From assembly GCA_038230375.1 (NCBI GenBank), contig JBBRNJ010000020.1:45286-109285 (forward strand): a stretch of 64,000 bases of DNA, read 5' to 3'. The position numbers and the translations under genes are program-made. This DNA is from Polyangiales bacterium (lineage in GTDB: Bacteria > Myxococcota_A > Polyangia > Polyangiales > Polyangiaceae). Under the pieces are notes generated by a model. That model ran no database searches. It worked only from the letters and a program-made list of their open reading frames with translations, and was not told where the DNA came from. Shown here piece after piece: positions 51,014 to 61,355 of the stretch. Within the stretch, counting starts at the first letter, position 1; each line of letters opens with the position of its first letter.

Positions 51014-51685
51014 ATGTCGAACCTGTCCGTAAACCCCCTGTTTCTCTCGGTCGATATCGCCGTCATGGCCACGGTCGTTGCCGGCGTTGTGGGGGTGGCG
51101 GTCGCGTCGCTGCTCTCGAATGTGCGCTTCTTCGGACGGGACGCGCTGGACGCGCTGTTCTGCGGGCCGCTGGTGCTGCCACCCACGGTGCTCGGGTACT
51201 ACCTTCTGGTCCTCTTCGGCAGGCGTAGCTTCATCGGAGCGGTCTACGAGCACATCACCGGGAGCAGCATCGTGTTCACTCGAACGGGCGCGGTGCTCGC
51301 TGCCGCCGTGGGCGCGCTGCCGCTGATCGTGAAGTTCTCGCGCGCCGCGCTCGAGTCGGTGGATCCCTTGCTGGTGCCCGCGGCGCGCACCCTTGGCGCT
51401 TCGCCGCTGCGCGCGCTGGTGACCATCCAGATCCCGGTCGCTGCGCGTGGCATCGCGGCAGCGGTGACGCTTGGCTTCGCGCGCTCGCTCGGTGACTTCG
51501 GCGCCACGCTCATGCTCGCGGGCGACATCCCTGGCGAGACGCAGACCGCGAGCCTGGCGATCTTCGACGCCATCCAGGGCCAGCAGGAAGGTGAGGCCGT
51601 CGTGATGATCGTGCTCCTCAGCGGCATCGCCTTCGCGAGCCTCTATCTCGCCAACAAGCTGATCGCGCGCGGGCATGAGCACTGA
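51014..51685 (+). CDS. modB: Molybdate ABC transporter permease
   Basis: PLVLPPTVLGYYLL, AARTLGAS, FARSLGDFGATLMLAGDIPGETQT. Confidence 0.93.
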   Translation: MSNLSVNPLFLSVDIAVMATVVAGVVGVAVASLLSNVRFFGRDALDALFCGPLVLPPTVLGYYLLVLFGRRSFIGAVYEHITGSSIVFTRTGAVLAAAVGALPLIVKFSRAALESVDPLLVPAARTLGASPLRALVTIQIPVAARGIAAAVTLGFARSLGDFGATLMLAGDIPGETQTASLAIFDAIQGQQEGEAVVMIVLLSGIAFASLYLANKLIARGHEH

Positions 51686-51688
51686 CGA

Positions 51689-52396
51689 ATGAGCACGGCC
51701 GCCCCCTCGCGCTCGCTGACTGTCAGCGTCGATCATCGCGTCGGTGACATTGCGATCTCGGTGTCGTTCACGGCGAAGCCCGGGATCACCGTGCTGTTCG
51801 GCCCATCGGGCTCGGGCAAGAGCACGCTGCTGGCTGCGATCAGTGGGCTCCTCACGCCGGACTCCGGCACTGTCCGCCTGGCCGACACCACGTGGCTGGA
51901 CACGAAGAGCGGCGTCGCCATGCCGGTGCACCGTCGCAGGGTCGCCTTCGTGTTCCAGTCACCGGCGCTCTTCCCGCACATGACCGCGCTGGAGAACGTG
52001 ATGTATGGCATGGACAAGAACGTCCCACATGACACGAACGTCGAGCGCGCGAAGACGCTGCTCGCCACCTGGGACGTCGCAGCGCTGGCGCACCGTAGGC
52101 CAGCCAGGTTCTCCGGCGGCGAAGCACAGCGTGTCGCGCTCGCGCGCGCGTTCGCCACATCACCCGAGGTGGTGCTCATGGACGAGCCGTTCTCCGCGCT
52201 GGACGACGCACGCCGTCGCGCGCTCGCAAAGCGCGTGAAGGACGTCGTGGAGGAGCTACGTGTCCCCGCGATCTTCGTCACACACAGCGTGCGCGAAGCT
52301 GAGGCGCTTGGCGATCACCTGCTCTTGCTCGAGAACGGCAAGATCACGAAGGAAGGCGCGCCCGCCGATATCCTGGCGACCGTCCACGCAGAGTAG
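51689..52396 (+). CDS. modC: Molybdate ABC transporter ATPase (no TOBE domain)
   Basis: LFGPSGSGKST, LFPHMT, SGGEAQRVALARA, MDEPFSALD, VTH. Confidence 0.9.
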   Translation: MSTAAPSRSLTVSVDHRVGDIAISVSFTAKPGITVLFGPSGSGKSTLLAAISGLLTPDSGTVRLADTTWLDTKSGVAMPVHRRRVAFVFQSPALFPHMTALENVMYGMDKNVPHDTNVERAKTLLATWDVAALAHRRPARFSGGEAQRVALARAFATSPEVVLMDEPFSALDDARRRALAKRVKDVVEELRVPAIFVTHSVREAEALGDHLLLLENGKITKEGAPADILATVHAE

Positions 52397-52434
52397 CGTG
52401 CGCTGGCCTGGCGACCACGCCTGCTGTCATCCCC

Positions 52435-53886
52435 CTACTTGACGTTGCCGGCTTGCGGCGGCTGATTGTCGTTCTGGACGCAGGCGGAGAGGTCGAAGAA
52501 GAGGAACTCGAGGGCCTTCTCCTGCGGCGTCAGGCCAGACGTGGTGCAGCCCGACGGCCAGTCTGGGCCATGCTGATCGCTCGCGGAAACGTGCAGATCG
52601 CTGAAGACCGTGCGGCCGCAGATGTGCGCGTCGTCGGCGCCCACGGGTGCGTTCGCGGTCACGTACTCCACCGCCGTGGGGTGGCCTGGCGTCATCGAAT
52701 CACTCATGGTGATCCAGTCGCGCGCGAGCTTCGGGTCCACTGCGTCCAGGTTGTGGCGCGGCTGGACAATGTCGATGCCCTTGCCGCCATTGAGTGCGTT
52801 CACGTTGCCGAGCCACTCCTGGAAGTCGTGTCCCTTGGGGAACGTCGTGATGATGTCTGCCGGGGCAGTTCCGGTGCCGCCCGCCGGGTCGTTCCCGTCG
52901 TTCCAGGTGCCAATCGAGTTGAGCTGCTGGTTGCCCGTGAACCACACGCGATGCCAGTGCGTGGCGAACATGCGGCCGCCGTTCGAGATGTAGTCGTACA
53001 TCGCGTCGTATGCAGCCTGACCCTTCGTCTCCTCGTGGACGTCGCCTTCACACGACAGCAGCACCAGGTCGTACTTCTTCAAGCTGTCAGCGGTGCCCCA
53101 GAAGCCCTGGGCCTTGGGGAACGAAGCGCCACCCTGGTACTTGGTGGTGACGGGCGCCATGCTGCCCTGACCGGAACCTGCATAGAAGTTCACGCTTCCG
53201 TCGCCGTCTGGCTGGGTGAACTCCGCGTCGTCCAGGCCGAGCTTCTGCTTGCGGAGGAAGCACTCGAGCGTGTCGGCGCCGCCGGTGGTGAGTGCGATCT
53301 TGGGGATGTCCCCCTCGCCCTTGTTGCGCGGCAGGCGCGTGAGGTTCTTGTCCGAGAGCTTGTTCTCGACGCACGACTGCACGTTCGGCATGGTGAGCTT
53401 GCGACGCCACTTGCCGACCTGGATGATCACGGGGATGTCATTTCCCACCGGCACGTTCACGAGCGTGAAGTTGCCCTTCGTGTCCGTGACGGCGGTGATG
53501 AGCGGATCGCCCGAGACGTTGCCGCAACGATCGCACGTAGCGCCGTGGGTGATGGGCAGGACCTGCTCCGGATGGTTCGGCACGTAGACCAGGACGTTGT
53601 AGAGCGGGTTCGCGCCGGCGGGGTCGTACACGGTGCCGGTGATGCTGGTGGTGCCCCCGCCGCTGCACGCTTGCTGCTGCTTGCAGAGACCGTCGATGCA
53701 GGGCTTCACGGTCCCGCCATCGCCGTTGCCGCCGCCGAAGCCGGGCGGCTTCTGCGAGTCGTCGGCGCCGTTGTTGTTGTTGCCGCCGCCGAAGATGGAG
53801 TTGATCGCATCACCGCATCCCGTGGTGCCGAGCAGCAGCGCAGAGACCGACACGAACAAAGCAGAAAGCGGGTAGCTCAGGCGCAT
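52435..53886 (-). CDS. Myxobacterial lipoprotein with carboxypeptidase-regulatory-like domain
   Basis: TTGC lipobox; ITGTVYDPAG..PLYNVLVYVP, VGKWRR, LEFLFFDLSAC. Confidence 0.75.
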   Translation of the reverse strand: MRLSYPLSALFVSVSALLLGTTGCGDAINSIFGGGNNNNGADDSQKPPGFGGGNGDGGTVKPCIDGLCKQQQACSGGGTTSITGTVYDPAGANPLYNVLVYVPNHPEQVLPITHGATCDRCGNVSGDPLITAVTDTKGNFTLVNVPVGNDIPVIIQVGKWRRKLTMPNVQSCVENKLSDKNLTRLPRNKGEGDIPKIALTTGGADTLECFLRKQKLGLDDAEFTQPDGDGSVNFYAGSGQGSMAPVTTKYQGGASFPKAQGFWGTADSLKKYDLVLLSCEGDVHEETKGQAAYDAMYDYISNGGRMFATHWHRVWFTGNQQLNSIGTWNDGNDPAGGTGTAPADIITTFPKGHDFQEWLGNVNALNGGKGIDIVQPRHNLDAVDPKLARDWITMSDSMTPGHPTAVEYVTANAPVGADDAHICGRTVFSDLHVSASDQHGPDWPSGCTTSGLTPQEKALEFLFFDLSACVQNDNQPPQAGNVK

Positions 53887-53982
53887 TGCGCACCTCCAGA
53901 GGATTGGGTTCGTCAGCGAACGCGGCCTCATGTTTACATTGACGCACAGCAGAAGACTCCGCAAAGAGCTTCGCTCAGAGCG

Positions 53983-56211
53983 TCATTTTACAGTGCCAAT
54001 GACCTCGGCGACGCGTGCAACAAAGACGTCCGCGGTGAACGGCTTCTGCAGGAAAGTGACGCCCGGTGGCAGCGTTCCGCGGCGGAAGATCTCCTCGTCG
54101 TTGTAACCAGACACGTATAGGACGCGAAGCCCGGAACGGATCGCGGCGAGCTTCGCGAACATCTCCGGTCCGGAGAGCCCAGGCATCACGACGTCCGTCA
54201 CCACGAGATCGATTTCACCTTCGATCGTCGGGAGCAGCTCGATCGCGTGCGCGCCGTCATGCGCGAGATGGACCACGTAGCCGCTGCGCTCGAGCATGCG
54301 CTGCACCGCCTTGCGCACGGCGCGATCGTCCTCGACCAGGAGCACCGTGCCGGAACCGCACCGCGTGGCCGCGGCAGGAACGGGCGCAGCCGGCGGCGGC
54401 TCGGCGACGTCGAGCGAGGTGCGTGGAAAGCGAACCACGAAGGTCGTGCCCTCGGTCGGTTGGCTCGTCACCTCGATGGTGCCGCTCGACTGCTGCACGA
54501 TCCCATACACCGTCGACAGGCCAAGGCCCGTACCGCGCCCCACGCCCTTCGTCGTGAAGAACGGCTCGAAGATGCGCTTCCGGGTCTCTTCGTCCATCCC
54601 GTGCCCTGTGTCACGCACGATCAACGACACCTGGTCGTCCGAGAGCGACGTCTCGAGCGTGAGCGTACCGCCGTTCGGCATCGCGTCGCGCGCATTCACC
54701 GCCAGGTTCAGGAGCAGCTGCTCGAGCTGGCGCGGGTCCGCATTCACGCGTGCGCGCCCGGCACCGGCCACGACGACGACGTTGATGTCCTCGCCAATGA
54801 GCCGCCGCAGCATGGGCGAAAGGGTGTCCACGACGTCGTCGAGAACGATGTTCTGTGGGGACAGGATCTGCTTGTGGCTCACGGTCAGCAGCTGCCGCGT
54901 CAGGGATGCGCCGCGATCGGCCGCCTTCACGATCTCCCCCATCTCGATCGTGCGCGAGTCATCCTGGTCCAGCGTCCTCCGCACGCTCTCCGCGAAGGCA
55001 CCGATCACAGTAAGCAGGTTGTTGAAGTCGTGCGCCACGCCGCCTGCGAGCCGCCCGATGGCCTCCATCTTCTGCGCCTGGCGCAGCTCCTCCTCCAGGC
55101 GTGAGCGCTCCGTGACGTTCTCGGCGAACGCCAGCACGAGGTTTGGCGGGACTGCGACGTAGGTGACCGAAAGCCGCAGCTTCTTTCCGGTGGTCGGGAG
55201 CGCGTGATCGAACTCGCGGTGGAGGGTCTCGCCACCACCGAGACACGTGCGGATGTCGCGGCTGATCTCGGAGTCTGCTCCGTACATGTCCGTCAGCGTG
55301 ATGCCAAGCATGCCGGACAGCCGTCCTTCGGACAGCTCCAGGGCAGGGTCGTTGAAATCTACGAGCACGAACTCGTCGCTAGACCCTGGCGACCTCTCCC
55401 ACGCGTACGTCGGAACGGGAATCGCCTCGAATTGCGCACGTACGCGACACTCCAGCGCCCTGGACACACGCTCTGCTTTTTTTCGCTCCGACACGTCGCG
55501 TGCAACGGTGAGCACCGCGCGCGTCCCCTCGTAGACCAGCGGAATGGACGCGACCTCCGCGTCGCCTTCGGTGCCATCAGCGCGCACGAACCGCTGCGCA
55601 ACGAAGGTCGTCGGGCGCCCGCTCCCTACTTGCGTGAGCCGCGCGTCGACGTTCGTTGCCTCGGCCGGGTGCACGAAGTCCGACGGGGGACGCGCGAGCA
55701 GCTCGTCCAGCGAGACAAGGCCGAACGCGCGCAGCAGCGCCGGATTCGCATAGAGGAAGCGACGGCCGTCGTGGACGAAGATGGGCTCTGGCGAAAGCTC
55801 GACAAGCTCACGATAGCGCTGCTCGCTCTCGCGCTGCTTGCGCTCCGCATCGTGCAGCGCCGTGAGATCCGCGGCCATGAGCACGACGCCGGTGACCTTG
55901 CCCAACGCGTCCACGAGAGGCGAGGTCCGCGCGGAGAGGAAGACGTGAAGCGGAGGCTCCACGAACGTGGTGTCGTGTTGCCCCGTGTACGACCCCTTCT
56001 CGCCGCGAAGCGCGGTGTGTAGCGCGGCTAGCAGACCGGGGGAGCGCACATTCCCGAGCTCGGTCCCGAGAATCTGCGCGCGCGTCGCGTTCATCATCTC
56101 CAGCAAACGCCCGTTGCAATCCACGATGCGCAGCTGCGCGTCGCACACAGCCACGCCTACGGGCGTGTCGTCCAGGAGCGCCCGCAGGATCGCGTCATCG
56201 TGCGGGGACAT
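53983..56211 (-). CDS. Hybrid PAS sensor histidine kinase with receiver domain
   Basis: Three PAS-like domains; GGVAHDFNNLL, NARDAM, FEPFFTTK, GTGLGL; LLVEDD, TDVVMP, QKPF. Confidence 0.95.
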   Translation of the reverse strand: MSPHDDAILRALLDDTPVGVAVCDAQLRIVDCNGRLLEMMNATRAQILGTELGNVRSPGLLAALHTALRGEKGSYTGQHDTTFVEPPLHVFLSARTSPLVDALGKVTGVVLMAADLTALHDAERKQRESEQRYRELVELSPEPIFVHDGRRFLYANPALLRAFGLVSLDELLARPPSDFVHPAEATNVDARLTQVGSGRPTTFVAQRFVRADGTEGDAEVASIPLVYEGTRAVLTVARDVSERKKAERVSRALECRVRAQFEAIPVPTYAWERSPGSSDEFVLVDFNDPALELSEGRLSGMLGITLTDMYGADSEISRDIRTCLGGGETLHREFDHALPTTGKKLRLSVTYVAVPPNLVLAFAENVTERSRLEEELRQAQKMEAIGRLAGGVAHDFNNLLTVIGAFAESVRRTLDQDDSRTIEMGEIVKAADRGASLTRQLLTVSHKQILSPQNIVLDDVVDTLSPMLRRLIGEDINVVVVAGAGRARVNADPRQLEQLLLNLAVNARDAMPNGGTLTLETSLSDDQVSLIVRDTGHGMDEETRKRIFEPFFTTKGVGRGTGLGLSTVYGIVQQSSGTIEVTSQPTEGTTFVVRFPRTSLDVAEPPPAAPVPAAATRCGSGTVLLVEDDRAVRKAVQRMLERSGYVVHLAHDGAHAIELLPTIEGEIDLVVTDVVMPGLSGPEMFAKLAAIRSGLRVLYVSGYNDEEIFRRGTLPPGVTFLQKPFTADVFVARVAEVIGTVK

Positions 56212-56214
56212 GGC

Positions 56215-57360
56215 TCACGCGGACGCCTCGGGTGTCAGCGACTTCGTGAAGACCCGGTACACCTTGTACTTCGTGGCACCGAGCAAGCGGATGCCCGTGT
56301 TGACCGGCGCGTTGTCTTCAAGGGTCCAGGAGAGCTCTCCCCACGTCATGCCGCACTTCTTTCCCGCGTCGTTCATGTCCGCATACAGGAAGGCGGACAT
56401 GGCGGCGTACTTGCGCACGTTGCGGAACTTCTTCCGGATGCCCAGGAGCGCGAGGCGTCCGCTCTTCGCGCCCTCCACCTTCAGCCGGTAGAGCAGCTTG
56501 AGGGCGCCGAACGGGAACAGCTTGCCGTCCAGGTCGCGCACGATCTCGTTGATGTTCGGGATGGCGACCGCGAACGCAGCGGGCTCACCGTCGATCGTGA
56601 CGATGCGCGTGAGCTCCGGCACGAGGATCATCTTGAAGTCCGACGCCATCTTCTTGGCCTCGTCGCGCGTGAGCGGAACGAAGCCCCAGTTGTCGCTCCA
56701 GGCGTCGTTGAAGATGTCCACGGCGAGGTCGACATCGCGGCCCAGGTTCTTCATGTCGAACTGACGTGCGACCACCTCCGGCATGGCGCGGAAATCCGTC
56801 TGGGCGCGGCGCACGCGCTTGCTCATCTCGCCGACCTCGTAGCGCCACGCGTAGAAGTCCTTCTCCTTCACGTAGCCGGCCTGCTCGATGAGCTTCGCCT
56901 GATAGGGATGGTGGTGCGGCATCATGAGCGCGGGCGGGTAGTCGAAGCCTTCGACAAGGCATCCGAGCTCCTCGTTGATGGACAGCGAGACGGGGCCGCG
57001 AATGACCTTCATGCCCTTGTCGCGCAGCCAGCTCTCGGCGCGCTCGAGCAGGGCCTTCGTGACCTCCGGATCGTCGATGGTGTCGAGGAAGCCGAAGAAG
57101 CCGGTCGCGTCCTTGTAGCGTTCGATGTGATCGTGATCGATCTGCGCGGTGATGCGCCCAACACAGCGCCCGTTCTGGTACGCGGTGAACGTGGTTCCCT
57201 CTGCGTGCTTGAAGAGCGGGTTCTTCTTGGGGTTCAGCCGGTCGCCCAGGTCCATGTCGAGCGGCCGGATGAAGTGCCGGTCGTCCTTGTAGATGTCGGA
57301 GACGACGTCCAGAAAATCCCGCAGCTTCCCACCCATCGGCGTTTCACGGATCTCGACCAT
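56215..57360 (-). CDS. YghO-like tandem GNAT acyltransferase (bacterial ceramide synthase family candidate)
   Basis: GRITAQID, GFFGF, GPVSLSINEE.G.LVEGF, FNDAWSDNWGFVP, ELSWTLEDN. Confidence 0.78.
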   Translation of the reverse strand: MVEIRETPMGGKLRDFLDVVSDIYKDDRHFIRPLDMDLGDRLNPKKNPLFKHAEGTTFTAYQNGRCVGRITAQIDHDHIERYKDATGFFGFLDTIDDPEVTKALLERAESWLRDKGMKVIRGPVSLSINEELGCLVEGFDYPPALMMPHHHPYQAKLIEQAGYVKEKDFYAWRYEVGEMSKRVRRAQTDFRAMPEVVARQFDMKNLGRDVDLAVDIFNDAWSDNWGFVPLTRDEAKKMASDFKMILVPELTRIVTIDGEPAAFAVAIPNINEIVRDLDGKLFPFGALKLLYRLKVEGAKSGRLALLGIRKKFRNVRKYAAMSAFLYADMNDAGKKCGMTWGELSWTLEDNAPVNTGIRLLGATKYKVYRVFTKSLTPEASA

Positions 57361-57421
57361 GGCGCTCTTCCTAACGCGGGAAGGGGCACGTTGTCCAACC
57401 GGGGGAATGGTGGTTTCGCGG

Positions 57422-58867
57422 TTACTTCTTCAGCGCGGCGTAGAAGGCGGCGTCTCTGCGGCGCAGGCGCAGGATCACGGCGCCGTCCTTTGCGGCTTCT
57501 TGCAGCTCGTGCGGCGTGGGCTCCACCTTGCCGTCAGCTTCGACGATGACGTCGCCGACCTTGACCCCCGCGCGATCGGCGGCGGAGCCAGGGACGATCG
57601 ACGTGACGATCGGGAGCTGTTTTTGCGGGAGATTGAGCTCTCGCGCCTGATCGGCAGACAGATCACGAACGGAGAAGCCAAGGCCCGCCTGCGGCACGTT
57701 CTGCTGCTGCACCGGCAACGGCGCGGTCTGCGCTTCGGGGCGCGCGGCAAGGACGGCCGACGAGCCGTACTTCTTGCCTTCGCGCACGATCTCGAGGGCG
57801 ACCGTGTCGCCGACCTCGTGGGTCATGACCTCGCGAATGAGCTCATGGCTGTCATGCACCGGCCTGCCAGCGACGCTCGCGATCACGTCACCAGGCTTCA
57901 GGTTCGCCTTCTGACCGGGACCACCGTCACTCACCTGGTTGATGAGCGCACCGGAGCGCGCCTCCACCTTCATCGCCGCGCCGAGCTCCGGCGTGATGTC
58001 CTGGATGCCCACCCCGATCCACGCGCGCTGCACGCGGCCGTTCTTCACCAGCTGCTCCGCAACGCGCTTCGCCATGTTCGACGGCACCGCGAAGCCAATG
58101 CCGCTGCCGCGCCCCACGATCATCGTGTTGATGCCCAGCACCCGCCCGTCCAGATCGCAGAGCGGGCCGCCAGAGTTGCCGGGGTTGATGCTCGCATCGG
58201 TCTGCAGGTAGTCCTCGATCGCGTTCATGCCGATGCCGGCGCGCCCCTTCGCGGAGAGCACGCCCGCCGTCACGCTGTACGTGAGCCCGAACGGAGAGCC
58301 GATCGCCACGACCCACTCACCCACGCGTGCCTGATCCGAGTCGCCGAACTTCGCGGCCGTCACGTTGGGCGCGTCGATCTTGATGACTGCGAGATCGGTG
58401 GCCGGGTCGCGCCCGATGAGCCGCGCTGGCAGATAGCGCCCGTCGCGCAGCCGCACGTTGATGGTGAGCGCGTTGTCGATGACGTGATTGTTCGTGAGGA
58501 CGGCGCCGTCCGCCGTGAAGATCACGCCGGAGCCCGTGCCGCGCGCGATGGGTCCCTCGCCGTTGCGCCCGAAGAAGCGCGACACCTGGTCCGCCGACTC
58601 GTCGCGGGCCGTCACCTCGATCTGGACGACCGCCGAGCCGACCTTGTCCGCCACGGCGACGAACGCATCCGAGAGCTTCCGCGCCTCGCTCTGCGCGGCC
58701 TGGATGTGCGCCGGGCTCTGGGGAGGCGTGGGCGCTGGGCCGTCTGGCTTCACCGCGACCGCAGGCTGCGTGTTCGGCGCAGGTGGTACGGGCTGCGCGA
58801 ACGCTTCCTTCGAGACCAGCGAGGGGAGAAGAACCAGCGCAAGAACCAGTGCCGAACGCGTGTACAT
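57422..58867 (-). CDS. HtrA/DegP-family serine protease with two PDZ domains
   Basis: GSGVI, LTNNHV, DLAVIKI, QTDASINPGNSGG. Confidence 0.93.
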   Translation of the reverse strand: MYTRSALVLALVLLPSLVSKEAFAQPVPPAPNTQPAVAVKPDGPAPTPPQSPAHIQAAQSEARKLSDAFVAVADKVGSAVVQIEVTARDESADQVSRFFGRNGEGPIARGTGSGVIFTADGAVLTNNHVIDNALTINVRLRDGRYLPARLIGRDPATDLAVIKIDAPNVTAAKFGDSDQARVGEWVVAIGSPFGLTYSVTAGVLSAKGRAGIGMNAIEDYLQTDASINPGNSGGPLCDLDGRVLGINTMIVGRGSGIGFAVPSNMAKRVAEQLVKNGRVQRAWIGVGIQDITPELGAAMKVEARSGALINQVSDGGPGQKANLKPGDVIASVAGRPVHDSHELIREVMTHEVGDTVALEIVREGKKYGSSAVLAARPEAQTAPLPVQQQNVPQAGLGFSVRDLSADQARELNLPQKQLPIVTSIVPGSAADRAGVKVGDVIVEADGKVEPTPHELQEAAKDGAVILRLRRRDAAFYAALKK

Positions 58868-58931
58868 TACAGCTATCCTCCGAGCATCAAGCAAACGGGA
58901 CAACCGGCGCCCGAACCGGTGCATTCCCATC

Positions 58932-59972
58932 CTACATCCCGAAGGCCCGTTCGACTACGCGGGACCAGGGCGCCGCGCCGGTGAGCCCAGCGGCTTCGGA
59001 CATGGGGCCGCGGGGCCCGTCCAGGTCCGTGACCTCCAGCATGTCGGCGCCTTGCATGACGCCCACCCTGCCGGCGGCGCGGATCAGCGCACGGATGTAG
59101 GGACGCGGGTCGACCGCGGGGTCCACGCCAAAGCGCCCGAGCAGCGCGCGGCGCGTGGGAATGAACGGGGGATCGAGCTGTGAGACGACGACGCACGAGC
59201 TCGCGCGCACGTGGCCCTGCGGGTCGTACGCCACCAGCTCCACGGAGTCGTGCGGCCCCTTGCGCGCGCCCAGGTGCATCGCAATCGCGTCGATGAACGC
59301 CGCCTCTATGGCGCGCGGACGATCGAACCGCAGGTCCCCGAGTGAACGCCTGCGCTCCGCGAGGCGCACCTCGAGCATCGCGATGGCCGTGGCGTCGCGG
59401 GACTCCGCGCGACGTGCGCTGACGCCGCTCTCTTCCATGAGCATGCTCGCCTGATTGCACGTGAGCTTGTAGCTGTACGATGCAGAGGTGTAGCCGAGCT
59501 TGGCGTAGAAGGCCTGCGCGGGGTTCGCCTCGAGCACCTCCGCGGCGAGCACCAGCGGCCTGCCATGCGCGCGCTGCACGGCGATGCGTGCCAGCTCCTC
59601 GAGCAGTGCACGACCGGCGCCGCTTCCTCGCGCGGTCTGCGCCACGATCAGCGAGCGCACCTCGCACGTGGTCGGCGTCAGCGGGTGCACGCCGTGGCGT
59701 TCGATCCAGCCCTCGACCTGCCCGATCACGCGACGCTGAACGCACGCCACCAGATGCACATGACGACCGAGCATGGGCAGCCCACCGCGGATGCGCGCGT
59801 CCTCGTCCAGCCTTCGCCCGACCTCGGCGTAGACGCTCTCTTCTTTCGTACCCGCGTAGCCGCCCCATGCCTCGTGCGCGTCCCATAGCTCGCGCCACAG
59901 ACCGGCGAGCTCGAAGCCGTCGCCAGGGAGCGGCGGTCTCACGCGCAGGTTCTCTTCGGTCAAGGCGGCCAC
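58932..59972 (-). CDS. GNAT-family N-acetyltransferase
   Basis: LIVAQTARGSGAGRALL, NPAQAFYAKLGY; start inferred at overlap with truA. Confidence 0.8.
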   Translation of the reverse strand: MAALTEENLRVRPPLPGDGFELAGLWRELWDAHEAWGGYAGTKEESVYAEVGRRLDEDARIRGGLPMLGRHVHLVACVQRRVIGQVEGWIERHGVHPLTPTTCEVRSLIVAQTARGSGAGRALLEELARIAVQRAHGRPLVLAAEVLEANPAQAFYAKLGYTSASYSYKLTCNQASMLMEESGVSARRAESRDATAIAMLEVRLAERRRSLGDLRFDRPRAIEAAFIDAIAMHLGARKGPHDSVELVAYDPQGHVRASSCVVVSQLDPPFIPTRRALLGRFGVDPAVDPRPYIRALIRAAGRVGVMQGADMLEVTDLDGPRGPMSEAAGLTGAAPWSRVVERAFGM

Positions 59973-60736
59973 GACTCGTGTGTTCCTTCGGGGAGCCGGA
60001 GCTCCACCCACTCCAGAGTAAGCCCCTGCGCGGGCGCGGTCATCCCCGCGTCGCCACGATTTCCGCTCGCGAGCGCCCGGGCCACCGCGCCGGGCTCTTT
60101 TCGCCCCAGTCCCACGTCGACCAGCGTGCCCACGATGATGCGCACCATGTTGTGCATGAACGCGGTGCCAGTGACCTCGACGTCGCAGAGGTGCGGCTCC
60201 GGCGCGGTGACGTCGACAGAGAACAGGGTGCGCGTGGTCTGTTCGCGTTCGTCCTTCGCGGAGCGAAACGCGCGAAAGTCGTGCGTGCCGACCAGGGCGC
60301 TCGCCTCCGCGCGCACCAGCGCAAGGTCCATGGGGTTCTCGATCTTCCACGCACGATTGCGCTGGAACGGATCGCGGACCTTGTCCATGAGCAGGCGATA
60401 CCTGTAGCGCTTTCGTTCGCTCGCGAATCGCGGGACGAACCCGGCGGGAAGTAGCTTGGCCGCGCGTACCGCGACGTCGTCGGGTAGGTGCCGGTTCACG
60501 CCAAGGACCCAGCCGCGCGGCTCGATCTCGCGCGTGGCGTCGAACGCCACCATCTGCGCCTTCGCATGGACGCCGGCGTCGGTGCGGCTCACGCCGGAGA
60601 TGCGCGTTATCTTGTCGTCGAGCTCACGCACGGCGCCGAGCAGGGCGTCCTCTACCGTACGCAGGCCCTCTTGCCGTACGAAGCCGTGGAACTCGGTGCC
60701 GTCGTAGGCAACCGTGAGGAGCACCGCGTAGCTCAC
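59960..60736 (-). CDS. truA: tRNA pseudouridine(38-40) synthase
   Basis: AYDGTEFHG, SRTDAGVHA, GTHDFRAF, FMHNMVRIIVG, TAPAQGL. Confidence 0.96.
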   Translation of the reverse strand: MSYAVLLTVAYDGTEFHGFVRQEGLRTVEDALLGAVRELDDKITRISGVSRTDAGVHAKAQMVAFDATREIEPRGWVLGVNRHLPDDVAVRAAKLLPAGFVPRFASERKRYRYRLLMDKVRDPFQRNRAWKIENPMDLALVRAEASALVGTHDFRAFRSAKDEREQTTRTLFSVDVTAPEPHLCDVEVTGTAFMHNMVRIIVGTLVDVGLGRKEPGAVARALASGNRGDAGMTAPAQGLTLEWVELRLPEGTHESWPP

Positions 60737-61021
60737 TCAATCCACGCGAGCGTCGGTGCTCGCCCCGTCTGCGCTGCTACCGGACGCGTCGTCGGGCGCG
60801 CTGCCCGCGTCCGTGGTGCCGCCGGTCTGCGGCTTGCCGAGCGGAGGCGCAGCGACGCAGATGCGATCCGTGCAGAAACCGGAGAGGCAGTCGTCACCGC
60901 GAAGGCAGGCCTCACCTGGCGCGTGGCGCGTCTCACCGCACGCGGCGAATGCGCACACGAACGGAAGCGCGATCAGGGCAGCACGGAGGCGGCTCGTGCG
61001 ACGGGGCACTCCGGCACCCAC
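60737..61021 (-). CDS. Small Cys-containing lipoprotein
   Basis: FAAC lipobox; CLRGDDCLSGFC motif. Confidence 0.6.
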   Translation of the reverse strand: MGAGVPRRTSRLRAALIALPFVCAFAACGETRHAPGEACLRGDDCLSGFCTDRICVAAPPLGKPQTGGTTDAGSAPDDASGSSADGASTDARVD

Positions 61022-61024
61022 GGC

Positions 61025-61339
61025 TCAGTCTCCCGCGTCGTTCGCGTCGCCGCTGTCGTCGGTCTGTGCGTCCATGTCCACGACGCCAGTGTCCAGGTCC
61101 AGGCCGGCGTCGGTCCCGGCGTCCGTCGTGTTGCCGCCCTCGTCGCCGGTGCCGCCTTCGTCGCCGGTGCCGCCTTCGTTCGGTAGCAGCCCACACGAAG
61201 CCGACGCGTCGCCCGTGCAATCAGGGGTCGCACCGTCGGTACAGCCCGCCGAGAACGCGCTGGCGGCAGCCATGCCGAAGCCGGCGATCGCGAGCACGGC
61301 GACCGACACGATGAGTCTTGGGCTGATTCTGACGTTCAT
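61025..61339 (-). CDS. Small acidic lipoprotein
   Basis: SAGC lipobox; D/G/T-rich; RBS GGAGAAG. Confidence 0.6.
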   Translation of the reverse strand: MNVRISPRLIVSVAVLAIAGFGMAAASAFSAGCTDGATPDCTGDASASCGLLPNEGGTGDEGGTGDEGGNTTDAGTDAGLDLDTGVVDMDAQTDDSGDANDAGD

Positions 61340-61355
61340 GCCTTCTTCTCCCCGG

